A stretch of 64,000 nucleotides of DNA, taken from assembly GCA_020724555.1 (NCBI GenBank), contig DYGT01000007.1:15258-79257 (forward strand), read 5' to 3'. The notes under the pieces were generated by a model. The model saw only the letters and a program-made list of their open reading frames with translations, was not told the origin of the DNA and did no database searches. Shown here one piece after another: positions 55,922-64,000 of the stretch (positions are counted from its first letter, which is position 1; each line of letters starts with the position of its first letter). The position numbers and the translations under genes are program-made. This stretch comes from Candidatus Microgenomatus sp. (lineage in GTDB: Bacteria; Patescibacteriota; Microgenomatia; UBA8517).

Positions 55922-58016
55922 GAAATACACCTGTCCGATGCACCCCGAAGTTATATCGGATAAACCCGGAAAATGCCCCAAATGTAAAATGGATCTAGTG
56001 CCAATGGATGAAATGAAAGATGGTGGTGGGCACGAGCACCATGACCACGCCAGCATGATGGCAAGCCCGGAAGCTGCAGCAGATTTTCTGAAACGTTTTT
56101 TTATTGTTACTGCCCTTTTGGTTCCCCTGGCTATTTTTTCCGAACCGGCAGTAAAATTTTTAGGGACTCCGGATTTTGTGCTTAGGCCATATTTGGAGTT
56201 TGGTATTGCCACAATCATTTTTTACTTCAGCTTAGTCTTTTTTCAACATGCAAGGCACGAAATTATATCCCGACAATACGGAATGATGACCTTAGTTTCG
56301 CTTGGAGTTGGTGCGGGTTATCTTTTTTCTGCTGCCTCAACCTTTATCCCGGCAATTGAAGTTGAATTTTATCTGGAGATTTCAACACTTATCTGGGTTC
56401 TTCTTTTTGGCCACTTTCTGGAAGCTAAGTCCAGCTCTGCCGCCGGTGATGCCCTTGCTGAGGTGGCAAAATTACTCCCAAAAGAAGCGCACCTGAAAAC
56501 CGATAACGGCGTAAAGGAAGTAGAAATTGCATCTTTAAAAGAAGGAGATATTGTAATTGTTAAAGCAGGGGAAAAAGTGCCGGCAGACGGAATCATTGTA
56601 AAGGGTGGAGGAAATTTTAACGAATCCCATATTACCGGTGAAAGCAGACCGGTTGAAAAATCTGTCAAAAGTGGAGTTGTTGCCGGGGCAATTAATATTG
56701 ACGGGTCGGTAGAGGTCAAGCTCACCCGTGTGGGCGAAAGCTCGACGCTTGGGCAAATACAAAATCTGATAGCTTCGGCCAAACAAACCAAGCCTTCCGT
56801 ACAAAAGTTGGCTGATAGGGCGGCCAAATGGCTTACATTTTCTGCTTTGGGCGTGGCCTTTCTGACCTTAATAGTATGGTCGGTTATAGTCGGGCAACCC
56901 CTTGTTTTTGCGGCAACGCTGGCAATTACAGTCTTGGTCATTGCTTGCCCCCATGCTCTGGGACTGGCTATCCCGACGGTTTCTACCATTGCCACCAGGC
57001 TTGCCGTAAACAACGGAGTTTTTATTAAAGACATGGGAAAGATTGAAGTTGTCAAGGATGCTACCTATGTGGTTTTTGATAAAACAGGAACGCTTACTAA
57101 AGGCGAATTTGGTGTAACAAAGATTGAATCCTTCGTTGGGTCCAAAAACGAGCTTTTGGAAATAGCCGGGGCCATTGAGGCAAACTCATCGCATGTTATT
57201 GGTATGGCAATTTACCAACATTTGGCTATGGAAAAGATAAAACCTAAGGAAGTTACAAAGGTAAAAAACTTGGCTGGACGAGGGATGGAAGCGGAGCTAT
57301 CGGGCAAGAAATATTTTGTGGGGAATAAAAGACTCATGGAGGAAACAGGAGTGTGGAGCGACAAAGCGCAAAAAGTATTGGACGAGATGTCTGAGGAAGG
57401 TAGGACACCGGTTTTTGTGGCAAGCCAGGAGCAGCTTTTGGGTGTTATAGCACTTAGCGATGAGATTAAAGAGGAATCAAAACAAGCGATTAATGAACTG
57501 CATAAATTGGGAGTGAAAGTTGCCATGCTCACGGGGGACACGAAAGCTGCTGCCCGACCCATTGCTAAAAAGCTTGGGATAGACACTATTTTTGCCGAAG
57601 TACTGCCAGAGGATAAATATAAATATGTTCGTAAGCTTCAAGAAAAGAGTAATGTGGTGATAATGGCTGGTGATGGCGTAAATGATGCACCTGCTTTGAC
57701 CCAAGCCAATGCAGGAGTGGCAATTGGAGCGGGGACCGATGTCGCGGTGGAAGCCGGAGACATTGTCTTAACGCAAAGTAATCCCCAGCATTTAGTGCGG
57801 CTTATTGTCTTGGCAAGAAAAGTTTACAAAAAAATGGTTGAAAATCTCATCTACGCGGTTGGTTATAACGTCTTGGCAATTCCTGCCGCGGCAGGACTTT
57901 TTATTCCCTTTGGGTTCAGGCTTACTCCTGCAGTCGGGGCGCTTCTCATGAGCGCCAGTTCCGTGATTGTTGTCATCAATGCCATGACTTTAAGAAAAGC
58001 AAAACTTGAAGTTTAA
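55914..58016 (+). CDS. copB: Copper-translocating P1B-type ATPase, CopB-like (CPH motif); alternative start 55878
   Basis: N-terminal CPMHPE...CPKC metal-binding motif and His-rich stretch GGGHEHHDH; TM CPH; DKTGTLT; GDGVNDAPAL; ATGA overlap with the csoR stop. Confidence 0.85.
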   Translation: MTKKYTCPMHPEVISDKPGKCPKCKMDLVPMDEMKDGGGHEHHDHASMMASPEAAADFLKRFFIVTALLVPLAIFSEPAVKFLGTPDFVLRPYLEFGIATIIFYFSLVFFQHARHEIISRQYGMMTLVSLGVGAGYLFSAASTFIPAIEVEFYLEISTLIWVLLFGHFLEAKSSSAAGDALAEVAKLLPKEAHLKTDNGVKEVEIASLKEGDIVIVKAGEKVPADGIIVKGGGNFNESHITGESRPVEKSVKSGVVAGAINIDGSVEVKLTRVGESSTLGQIQNLIASAKQTKPSVQKLADRAAKWLTFSALGVAFLTLIVWSVIVGQPLVFAATLAITVLVIACPHALGLAIPTVSTIATRLAVNNGVFIKDMGKIEVVKDATYVVFDKTGTLTKGEFGVTKIESFVGSKNELLEIAGAIEANSSHVIGMAIYQHLAMEKIKPKEVTKVKNLAGRGMEAELSGKKYFVGNKRLMEETGVWSDKAQKVLDEMSEEGRTPVFVASQEQLLGVIALSDEIKEESKQAINELHKLGVKVAMLTGDTKAAARPIAKKLGIDTIFAEVLPEDKYKYVRKLQEKSNVVIMAGDGVNDAPALTQANAGVAIGAGTDVAVEAGDIVLTQSNPQHLVRLIVLARKVYKKMVENLIYAVGYNVLAIPAAAGLFIPFGFRLTPAVGALLMSASSVIVVINAMTLRKAKLEV

Positions 58017-58019
58017 CTT

Positions 58020-59243
58020 TTACTCATATCTTAGTGCCTCAATGGGTTGTAAACCGGCGGCTTTGTAAGCCGGATACCAGCCAAAAAGAACTCCTATTGC
58101 TCCCGATACCCCCATGGCCAAAAAGACCGAAGTGAGCGACAGGGTAAAAGGCAAATTAATTATCTGGGATAAAACATATGAAGTACCGGTCCCCAGCGCC
58201 ATGCCGATAACACCACCCGCAAAAGTGAGAATTATTGATTCAATAAGAAATTGGGTAATGATAATTTTTTTCTTAGCCCCCAAGGCTTTCCTCAGGCCAA
58301 TCTCTCTTGTCCTCTCGGTAACGGTAACCAGCATAATATTCATTATTCCTATTCCCCCAACCAAAAGGGAAATGGCGGCAATGCCGGAAAGAAGAGCAGA
58401 AAAAGTGCCGGTAATGCTGGACGCCGCCCCCAGGATGTCGTTTTGGGAAAAAATAGTAAAGTCGGCCGCTGCCGGGTCTTTTAGTTTGTGTCGGGCAAGA
58501 AGCAAATAACCGATTTCATCTTGGGCTTGAGCCATGACATTCTCGTCATGGACCTCAACGGAAATCGAGGACACATAATCCGCTCCAAAAAGCTGTTTTT
58601 GGGCGGTTGTCAAAGGCACAAGCACCATATCATCCTGATTTTGAAAGCCCGTTCCTCCGCGGCTTTCAGTAACTCCGACAACCCTAAATGAAACATTATT
58701 AATACGGATTGATTGCCCAACCGGGTTCGCCCCTTCGCCAAAAAGATCAGTAACCACCTGAGGGCCAAGTACGGCGACTTTTGTCATTGCTTCAACGTCC
58801 CGCTCGCTTATAAAAGAGCCGGAAGCGAGATTAACCTTTCTCACCTGACTGTAAGAGGGAGTAACGCCTAAAATCTGGGTGTTGGTATTGTTTTTCGCGG
58901 TGGTCACTTGAGTTCTTCGCGAAAATTCAGGAGAGACATCTTTTACGGTTGTAATTTCAGAAGATGTTAGTAGGGCCCTTGCGTCTTCATAGGTAAGACT
59001 TGTCGCTTCCCCGGTTGCACCCCGGACAGAACCGCTGCTCGTGGCACCCGGGATTACCGTAAGAAGATTTGAGCCAAGAGATTGAATTTGCTCAGTAACG
59101 GCTTTTTGGGAAGATTGGCCTAAAGATACCAAAGCAATGACACTGCCAATCCCAATAACAATCCCCAAAGTTGCCAGGCCAGTCCTTAGCTTGTTTAAGG
59201 TCAGGGTGCCAATGGCTTCAAAAAACAATTCTGAAAAGTCCAT
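58020..59243 (-). CDS. MacB/FtsX-family ABC transporter permease
   Basis: N-terminal TM, large periplasmic domain, C-terminal FtsX-type 3-TM bundle. Confidence 0.8.
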   Translation of the reverse strand: MDFSELFFEAIGTLTLNKLRTGLATLGIVIGIGSVIALVSLGQSSQKAVTEQIQSLGSNLLTVIPGATSSGSVRGATGEATSLTYEDARALLTSSEITTVKDVSPEFSRRTQVTTAKNNTNTQILGVTPSYSQVRKVNLASGSFISERDVEAMTKVAVLGPQVVTDLFGEGANPVGQSIRINNVSFRVVGVTESRGGTGFQNQDDMVLVPLTTAQKQLFGADYVSSISVEVHDENVMAQAQDEIGYLLLARHKLKDPAAADFTIFSQNDILGAASSITGTFSALLSGIAAISLLVGGIGIMNIMLVTVTERTREIGLRKALGAKKKIIITQFLIESIILTFAGGVIGMALGTGTSYVLSQIINLPFTLSLTSVFLAMGVSGAIGVLFGWYPAYKAAGLQPIEALRYE

Positions 59244-59246
59244 AAG

Positions 59247-59945
59247 CTAATTCTTTGTCCTTTTTTGCCGGTGATGATTGCTGTCATTGACGACCTTTCC
59301 ATCTCTTAGATGAATAATCCTTTTGGCATGTTCGGCGATGTCGGGTTCGTGGGTAATCATAACTATGGTATGCCCCTTATCGTTAAGGTCCTGAAAGATT
59401 GCCATAATTTCTTCTGCCTGGGCTGTAGCAATATTACCCGTTGGTTCATCTGCCAAAATAAGCCTTGGGTTCATTACTAAAGCTCTGGCAATCGCGGCTC
59501 GCTGTTGCTGGCCTCCTGAAAGCTGACTTGGCGTGTGGTCAATTCTGTCTGCCAAGCCAACCATTTCTAAAAATTTCTTTGCTCTTTTTGTTCTTTCTTT
59601 TTTTGCTATTCCGCCGTAAACCATAGGCAGGGCAACATTTTTAAGGGCTGTCGTGCGCGCCAAAAGATTAAACGCCTGAAAGACAAAGCCAATTTTTCTA
59701 TTCCTGATGTCCGCAAGCTCATCGTCTGTTAGTTTACCGACATTTTCTTTATCCAAAAGATAAGTCCCTTTTGTCGGAAGGTCTAACGCCCCCATAATGT
59801 GCATAAGAGTACTTTTTCCGCTCCCCGAAGCTCCCATGATCGCCACAAACTCACCTTCTTTTATCTCAAATGAGACGTCATCAAGGGCAATTGTTTCTAC
59901 GGAATCGTTTTTGTAGATTTTTGAAACATGAGTAAGTTGAATCAT
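59247..59945 (-). CDS. ABC transporter ATP-binding protein (MacB-type ATPase)
   Basis: Walker [10 protein letters not shown], signature LSGGQQQR, Walker B ILADEPTG. Confidence 0.9.
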   Translation of the reverse strand: MIQLTHVSKIYKNDSVETIALDDVSFEIKEGEFVAIMGASGSGKSTLMHIMGALDLPTKGTYLLDKENVGKLTDDELADIRNRKIGFVFQAFNLLARTTALKNVALPMVYGGIAKKERTKRAKKFLEMVGLADRIDHTPSQLSGGQQQRAAIARALVMNPRLILADEPTGNIATAQAEEIMAIFQDLNDKGHTIVMITHEPDIAEHAKRIIHLRDGKVVNDSNHHRQKRTKN

Positions 59946-59947
59946 AT

Positions 59948-61231
59948 TTATCTTTGTTGTTCACCGGCAAAACCTCCCGGCCTAAAGGCTCCTCCGCCAA
60001 ATCCGCCTCCGCCAAAGGCAGAGCTTCCCCCTTGTTGATTTATTGTTCCTATAATGACTTCGTCGCCTTCTGAAAGCCCCGACACGATTTCTGTTTGCGT
60101 ATCACCAGTAAGCCCTATTTCAACCGGGATTGCTTGTTCCCGGCCATCTCGCAAAACTCTGACAAACGCTTGTCCGGCCCGAAACTGAATAGCCACCGAG
60201 GGAATTACAAGGACATCTGCCTTGGTCTCAATGATAATATTGGCGCTCGCCGCCATATTAGGAAAGATTTCAGAGAGGGGAGTATCAAGCTGGATTAGGC
60301 TTTGGTAGCTTGTGACATTGTTGCTGGTTGTCCCGATCCTATCGACTGTTACCACCCTCCCACTAAAGATTTTGTCCGCTAAACTATCGAGCATCACTGT
60401 GGCTTTTTGGTCAATTTTTACCTTTGGGACATCTATTTCAGTTATGTTGACGCTGATAATGGGATTTACCTCGTTTTGGATAACGGCTACTCGCTGTGAT
60501 GAGCTGGTGGTTTGATTTGTTGAAGTAGCTTCATGGGTAAGCACCATCCCAGGGACAATCCCGACATTACTGACAACTCCGGAAATAGGAGCCGTAATAA
60601 CAGGCGAGGTGGATTGATAGGATAGCCAGGCGCTATTTAAAGCCGCCTTTGCCTGGTCAATGACTGCCTGTTGATTTTTATATTTTGCCTCCGCGGCTAA
60701 CCAGTCGGCATTTTGCTCAATATAAGTGGGATCGTCGGCCGACAAATCTCTGGCAACCGCATCGTTTATAAACTTTTGGTTGGCAGCAAACATTGCGGAT
60801 TGAAGGGTATAAAGGTTGGTATAAGCCGAGTCAACGCTGTTTTTAGCCGAGAGATAACTTGACCAGTTAGATGCATTTTTTTGTTGACCCTCTTTGTCCA
60901 AGGCAATTTCGGCAATTTTCGCTCCGGCCGCCACTTTATCGCCGTCTTTGACATAGACTGCTTTCACTACTCCGGAGGCCTAGGTTGTAACATTGACAAT
61001 GTTGGCAGCCAGAACGTTACCGGAAGCGGAAACGGTGGAAACGATTGTCCCCTTTTGGGCTATGGCGGTTTGAGACACGGGCTGTTGAGCTTCATTGGTT
61101 AAGCTTGAGAAGATAAACCAACCAATTCCTAAAACGGCGACGATTAAAACAATTTTTATAGGAAGCGAGCGCCTGGAGAACCAGCCTACAATTTTCGCAG
61201 GGCTTTTTAAAACATTACTAACAACACTCAT
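59948..61231 (-). pseudogene. HlyD/MacA-family periplasmic adaptor interrupted by an in-frame TAG at 60980-60982
   Basis: N-terminal TM piece (60983-61231) and C-terminal lipoyl/beta-barrel piece (59948-60967) are in the same frame, separated only by TAG (...NIVNVTT*ASGVVKAVYVKDGDKV...). Confidence 0.7.
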
Positions 61232-61286
61232 AGAGCGAAGTTTACAAAGCGAATCTGAAAATTAGCTGAAGAATAAGAAGTTGATT

Positions 61287-62330
61287 TTATAGGGTCTTGT
61301 GCTTTACAGGAAGCCGGACGGTAAAAACACTTCCCTTGCCGGGCGTACTTTCAACGCTTATTTTGCCGTGATGGGATTCAACAATTTTTTTGGCAATAGA
61401 AAGCCCCAGTCCATACCCCACTGCCCTGTCTTTACTTCTGGCGAAATCGGCACGCCAAAAGCGGTCAAAAATATGGGGTAAATCTTTCTCATTGATTCCG
61501 ATTCCATAATCAGATACGCTTATCAGGATTGAGCCATCGGTTTTTTCTGAAGCAATTGTGACTGATTTTTCTTTTGGGCTGTACTTAATGGCATTATCAA
61601 GAAGGATGACCAGTAAGTCGGTCAGCGCATATTGATCGGCTTCAAGTTCAAAGTTTTGGGATTTATCTTTAAGCGTGATTTTCTTTTTTGTGGCTTGCGG
61701 TTTAACTTTTTGGATTGATTTTTTTATTATCGAAGCAAGAGACACTTTCTCAAATTTGCTGCTATTGTTTGGTTTTTGGTAAGAAGCCAGCCGAAGCAGC
61801 CCCTCAGATAGAGATTGGAGTTTATCTACCTCTTCAATATTTTCCTTAATTAATTTTTTAGCGTCGGCAAGAGTCAGGCGTTTATCCCTGAGGTGAACCT
61901 CTAAGGCGGCCTTAAGAGAAGTAAGAGGGGTTTTAAGTTCATGAGAAGCATCGGAAATAAATTGATTTTGTTCGTCGACCATGTTTTTAATCGGCTTTAA
62001 GGTCTTTCCTGCAAGAAAATAGCCAAGTCCACTGGAGACCACCAAAATTCCGCCATTAATAATTACCAAAAAGAAAATTAAACGCTGTTTTGTTTCTTCA
62101 ACCAACTCCGGATCAGTAAGGATTCTTGGAGGAGTATTGCGGAAACGGGATTCGGGTGACATAAATTCCTGCCCGCTGAGACGCCTTTCAATTTGTAGCC
62201 CCTGAAGATGAGAAAAGCGATTTAATTCTGCCGTCAGCACTTTATAGATAACCGTGCTAAAACCAATGCTAATCAGCATGATTATCAGTAAATACCAGGC
62301 GGTTAGTTTAAGTCGTGCTTTACCAAACAT
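61287..62330 (-). CDS. Sensor histidine kinase (membrane-anchored)
   Basis: 2 TM, H-box HELKTPLTSL, N/G boxes. Confidence 0.85.
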   Translation of the reverse strand: MFGKARLKLTAWYLLIIMLISIGFSTVIYKVLTAELNRFSHLQGLQIERRLSGQEFMSPESRFRNTPPRILTDPELVEETKQRLIFFLVIINGGILVVSSGLGYFLAGKTLKPIKNMVDEQNQFISDASHELKTPLTSLKAALEVHLRDKRLTLADAKKLIKENIEEVDKLQSLSEGLLRLASYQKPNNSSKFEKVSLASIIKKSIQKVKPQATKKKITLKDKSQNFELEADQYALTDLLVILLDNAIKYSPKEKSVTIASEKTDGSILISVSDYGIGINEKDLPHIFDRFWRADFARSKDRAVGYGLGLSIAKKIVESHHGKISVESTPGKGSVFTVRLPVKHKTL

Positions 62331-62333
62331 AAA

Positions 62334-63032
62334 TTAATCTCCAATTTTGTAGCCAAAGCCCCTGACTGTATGGAGCAATGCTTTTTTGCCTGCCCGTCCG
62401 GCCTTCGGGTCATTAAAGGGAAGGTCAATTTTACGGCGAAGAATGCGGATATATACTTCAACCGTGTTGGGCAAAATGTCGGCATTATAATCCCAAACAT
62501 GGCTGATAATTTGCTCTTTAGTCAGAGTCTGGTGGGGGTGGCGCATTAAATATTCAAGCAGGGAAAACTCTTTACTTGAAAGCTGGATTTTTTGCTTGCC
62601 CCGTTTCACCTCAAAGTTTTGAGTGTTAAGCTTTAGATCCCCGACAGTTAACACAATTGGCAGGGAATTTTTTGGTCTGCGGATTAAAGCCCTTATCCTG
62701 GCAAGCAGTTCCTCAAAAGAGAAAGGCTTGGTAAGATAATCATCTGCGCCGCTGTCCAGTCCTGCCACTTTGTCTTGGGTTTGTCCTTTGGCAGTCAGAA
62801 TAAGGATTGGAGTATGTTTTCCCTCCTCACGAAGTCTCCTGCAAACTTCCAAGCCGTCCATTCCGGGAAGCAATAAATCCAAAACGATAGCATCGTAATC
62901 TTCGGCTGAGGCTAAATCAAAACCGTCTGTGCCGTTATAAGCAACATCAACAGCATACCGTTCTTGTTCCAAGCCTTTTTTGATGGAGTTGGCAATCCGA
63001 TGCTCATCCTCGACAATAAGAATTCTCACCAT
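62334..63032 (-). CDS. OmpR-family response regulator
   Basis: Receiver domain plus winged-helix output. Confidence 0.9.
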   Translation of the reverse strand: MVRILIVEDEHRIANSIKKGLEQERYAVDVAYNGTDGFDLASAEDYDAIVLDLLLPGMDGLEVCRRLREEGKHTPILILTAKGQTQDKVAGLDSGADDYLTKPFSFEELLARIRALIRRPKNSLPIVLTVGDLKLNTQNFEVKRGKQKIQLSSKEFSLLEYLMRHPHQTLTKEQIISHVWDYNADILPNTVEVYIRILRRKIDLPFNDPKAGRAGKKALLHTVRGFGYKIGD

Positions 63033-63047
63033 TTAAATTATACAGTA

Positions 63048-63069
63048 ATAGCTGAAAAATAGCTGAAAA
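63048..63069. promoter_or_regulatory. Tandem 11-bp direct repeat ATAGCTGAAAA x2 upstream of the response regulator/efflux operon
   Basis: Two exact copies with 11-bp periodicity, 16-37 bp upstream of the RR start (minus strand). Confidence 0.35.
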
Positions 63070-63223
63070 ATAAATAATGTGAAACTTCGCGTAAGCTCGA
63101 GGGAGATTCATTGATTTCTTCTTTTCTTCAAAATGGCAAGTCCTTGGTCTTAAGAACATAAGTAACTTTCTTCTTATACCTTTGACCGGGAAGAATCATC
63201 GGTAAAAATGCTATAATCAACCT

Positions 63224-63514
63224 ATGAACTTAAATGTGGATACAAAGCAATTGCAAAATATCTGCAAAGCTAATGATATTTCCTATCTTGGACTTTTTGG
63301 CTCTTTTGCAACTGGGCAAGAACGGGAAGATAGTGATGTAGATTTGTTGGTTGATTTTAAAAGCACCAAGTCTTTGCTTGAAAAGGGAAAAGTGCTTATT
63401 GAGCTAGAGAGTTTATTTAATCGAGAAGTGGATTTGGTTTCCAGAAAAAATGTCAAACCATCTCTTAAACCCTACATTAATAAACAACTAATTACGCTGT
63501 ATGGAGAAAAGTAA
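63224..63514 (+). CDS. mntA: MNT-type nucleotidyltransferase antitoxin
   Basis: GLFGSFATGQEREDSDVDLLV minimal NTase motif. Confidence 0.75.
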   Translation: MNLNVDTKQLQNICKANDISYLGLFGSFATGQEREDSDVDLLVDFKSTKSLLEKGKVLIELESLFNREVDLVSRKNVKPSLKPYINKQLITLYGEK

Positions 63515-63845
63515 TAAGGTTTATCTCGAAGATATTATCCAGGCAATAAAACTGATATTAGACGACTATGTTTCTGGAGTTAGCTTCGAGGAATTCGACA
63601 AGGATAAGAAAACTCAGGATGCCGTCATAAGACAGATCGCAATAATCGGTGAGGCGATGGGTAAGTTGAACAAAGATTTTATAGAGAATCATCCTGAACT
63701 TCCCAGCAAAGAAGCAGTGTCGATGAGAAATGTTCTAGTTCACGATTATGACTGGGTGGATACTGAAGAGGTGTGGAGGACGATTGAGCAAGATCTTCCT
63801 AATCTTAAACAGTCTGTGGAAAAAATTTTGAAATTGGAGCATTAA
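63501..63845 (+). CDS. hepT: HepT-like (DUF86) toxin
   Basis: Rx4HxY motif RNVLVHDY; overlaps the upstream mntA stop. Confidence 0.75.
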   Translation: MEKSNKVYLEDIIQAIKLILDDYVSGVSFEEFDKDKKTQDAVIRQIAIIGEAMGKLNKDFIENHPELPSKEAVSMRNVLVHDYDWVDTEEVWRTIEQDLPNLKQSVEKILKLEH

Positions 63846-64000
63846 CATTATGGGACTAGTGTTTACTAGATTCGTATTCTCAGCAGAGTTCGAGTAGGAA
63901 GGCATGGATTTTCGGAGTTAAGGGTTTAATCTTTGGTTTCTCCCCACTGCCGCATTTTTATGATGATATCCCGTAAGGACTCGCCTTTGGGTGTGAGCGA

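Noticed and set aside
56369-57055. 228-aa minus-strand ORF
   Set aside because: Antisense to the highly conserved copB ATPase; a GC-skewed frame artefact, as are the other antisense ORFs inside recA, rny, recJ, cca, aspS, gltX and the MacB-like permease gene.
60980-60982. In-frame TAG in the adaptor gene as evidence of amber stop-codon recoding
   Set aside because: TAG terminates recX (9320-9322) and the IS orfB fragment cleanly, and TGA terminates many genes (infA, the PGM-like gene); the standard code fits the whole window.
1-64000. CRISPR array or other tandem repeat arrays
   Set aside because: No run of regularly spaced 25-40-bp repeats was found; the only exact longer repeats are the 33-nt pair and the tRNA-fragment duplicates.

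Overview
This 64-kb window comes from a low-GC bacterium with many short, single-domain proteins. The gene content is consistent with a small-genome Patescibacteria/CPR-like organism, but that placement is inference only. The genetic code is standard: TGA and TAG are both used as stops (recX ends in TAG). The left ~37 kb is housekeeping: the tail of the spc/alpha ribosomal cluster (secY'-adk-map-infA-rpmJ-rpsM-rpsK-rpsD-rpoA-rplQ, followed directly by rplM-rpsI), tRNA-Pro, tsaC, recA-recX-rny, hup, an ABC-2 exporter, miaA, an RNase P RNA gene (rnpB, invisible to the ORF track), dtd, secDF, cca, recJ, rel, aspS, gltX and a PAS histidine kinase with two receiver proteins. From tRNA-Gln (37.26 kb) onward the content becomes accessory. 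A ~15.2-kb segment bounded by two identical 33-nt direct repeats (37205-37237 and 52431-52463) carries a sugar-phosphate/NDP-sugar module, a very dense set of nucleotide pyrophosphohydrolases (5 Nudix, MazG, HIT-like, 1-2 CYTH, an ITPase-Nudix fusion), three nucleotidyltransferases, a nucleoside-deoxyribosyltransferase-like/RHH fusion, a frameshifted DUF3850 gene and a decayed IS3-family element. Downstream lie a BlaI-like repressor/M56 protease pair, a DsbA-like + CcdA pair, DUF3105, a CsoR-family repressor with a recognisable operator, and a CPH-type copper P1B-ATPase. The window ends with a two-component system plus MacAB-like efflux operon (the adaptor gene has an in-frame TAG) and a HepT/MNT toxin-antitoxin pair. 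No CRISPR array or rRNA gene was seen. All domain calls rest on motifs read by eye from the translations; none was confirmed by a search.
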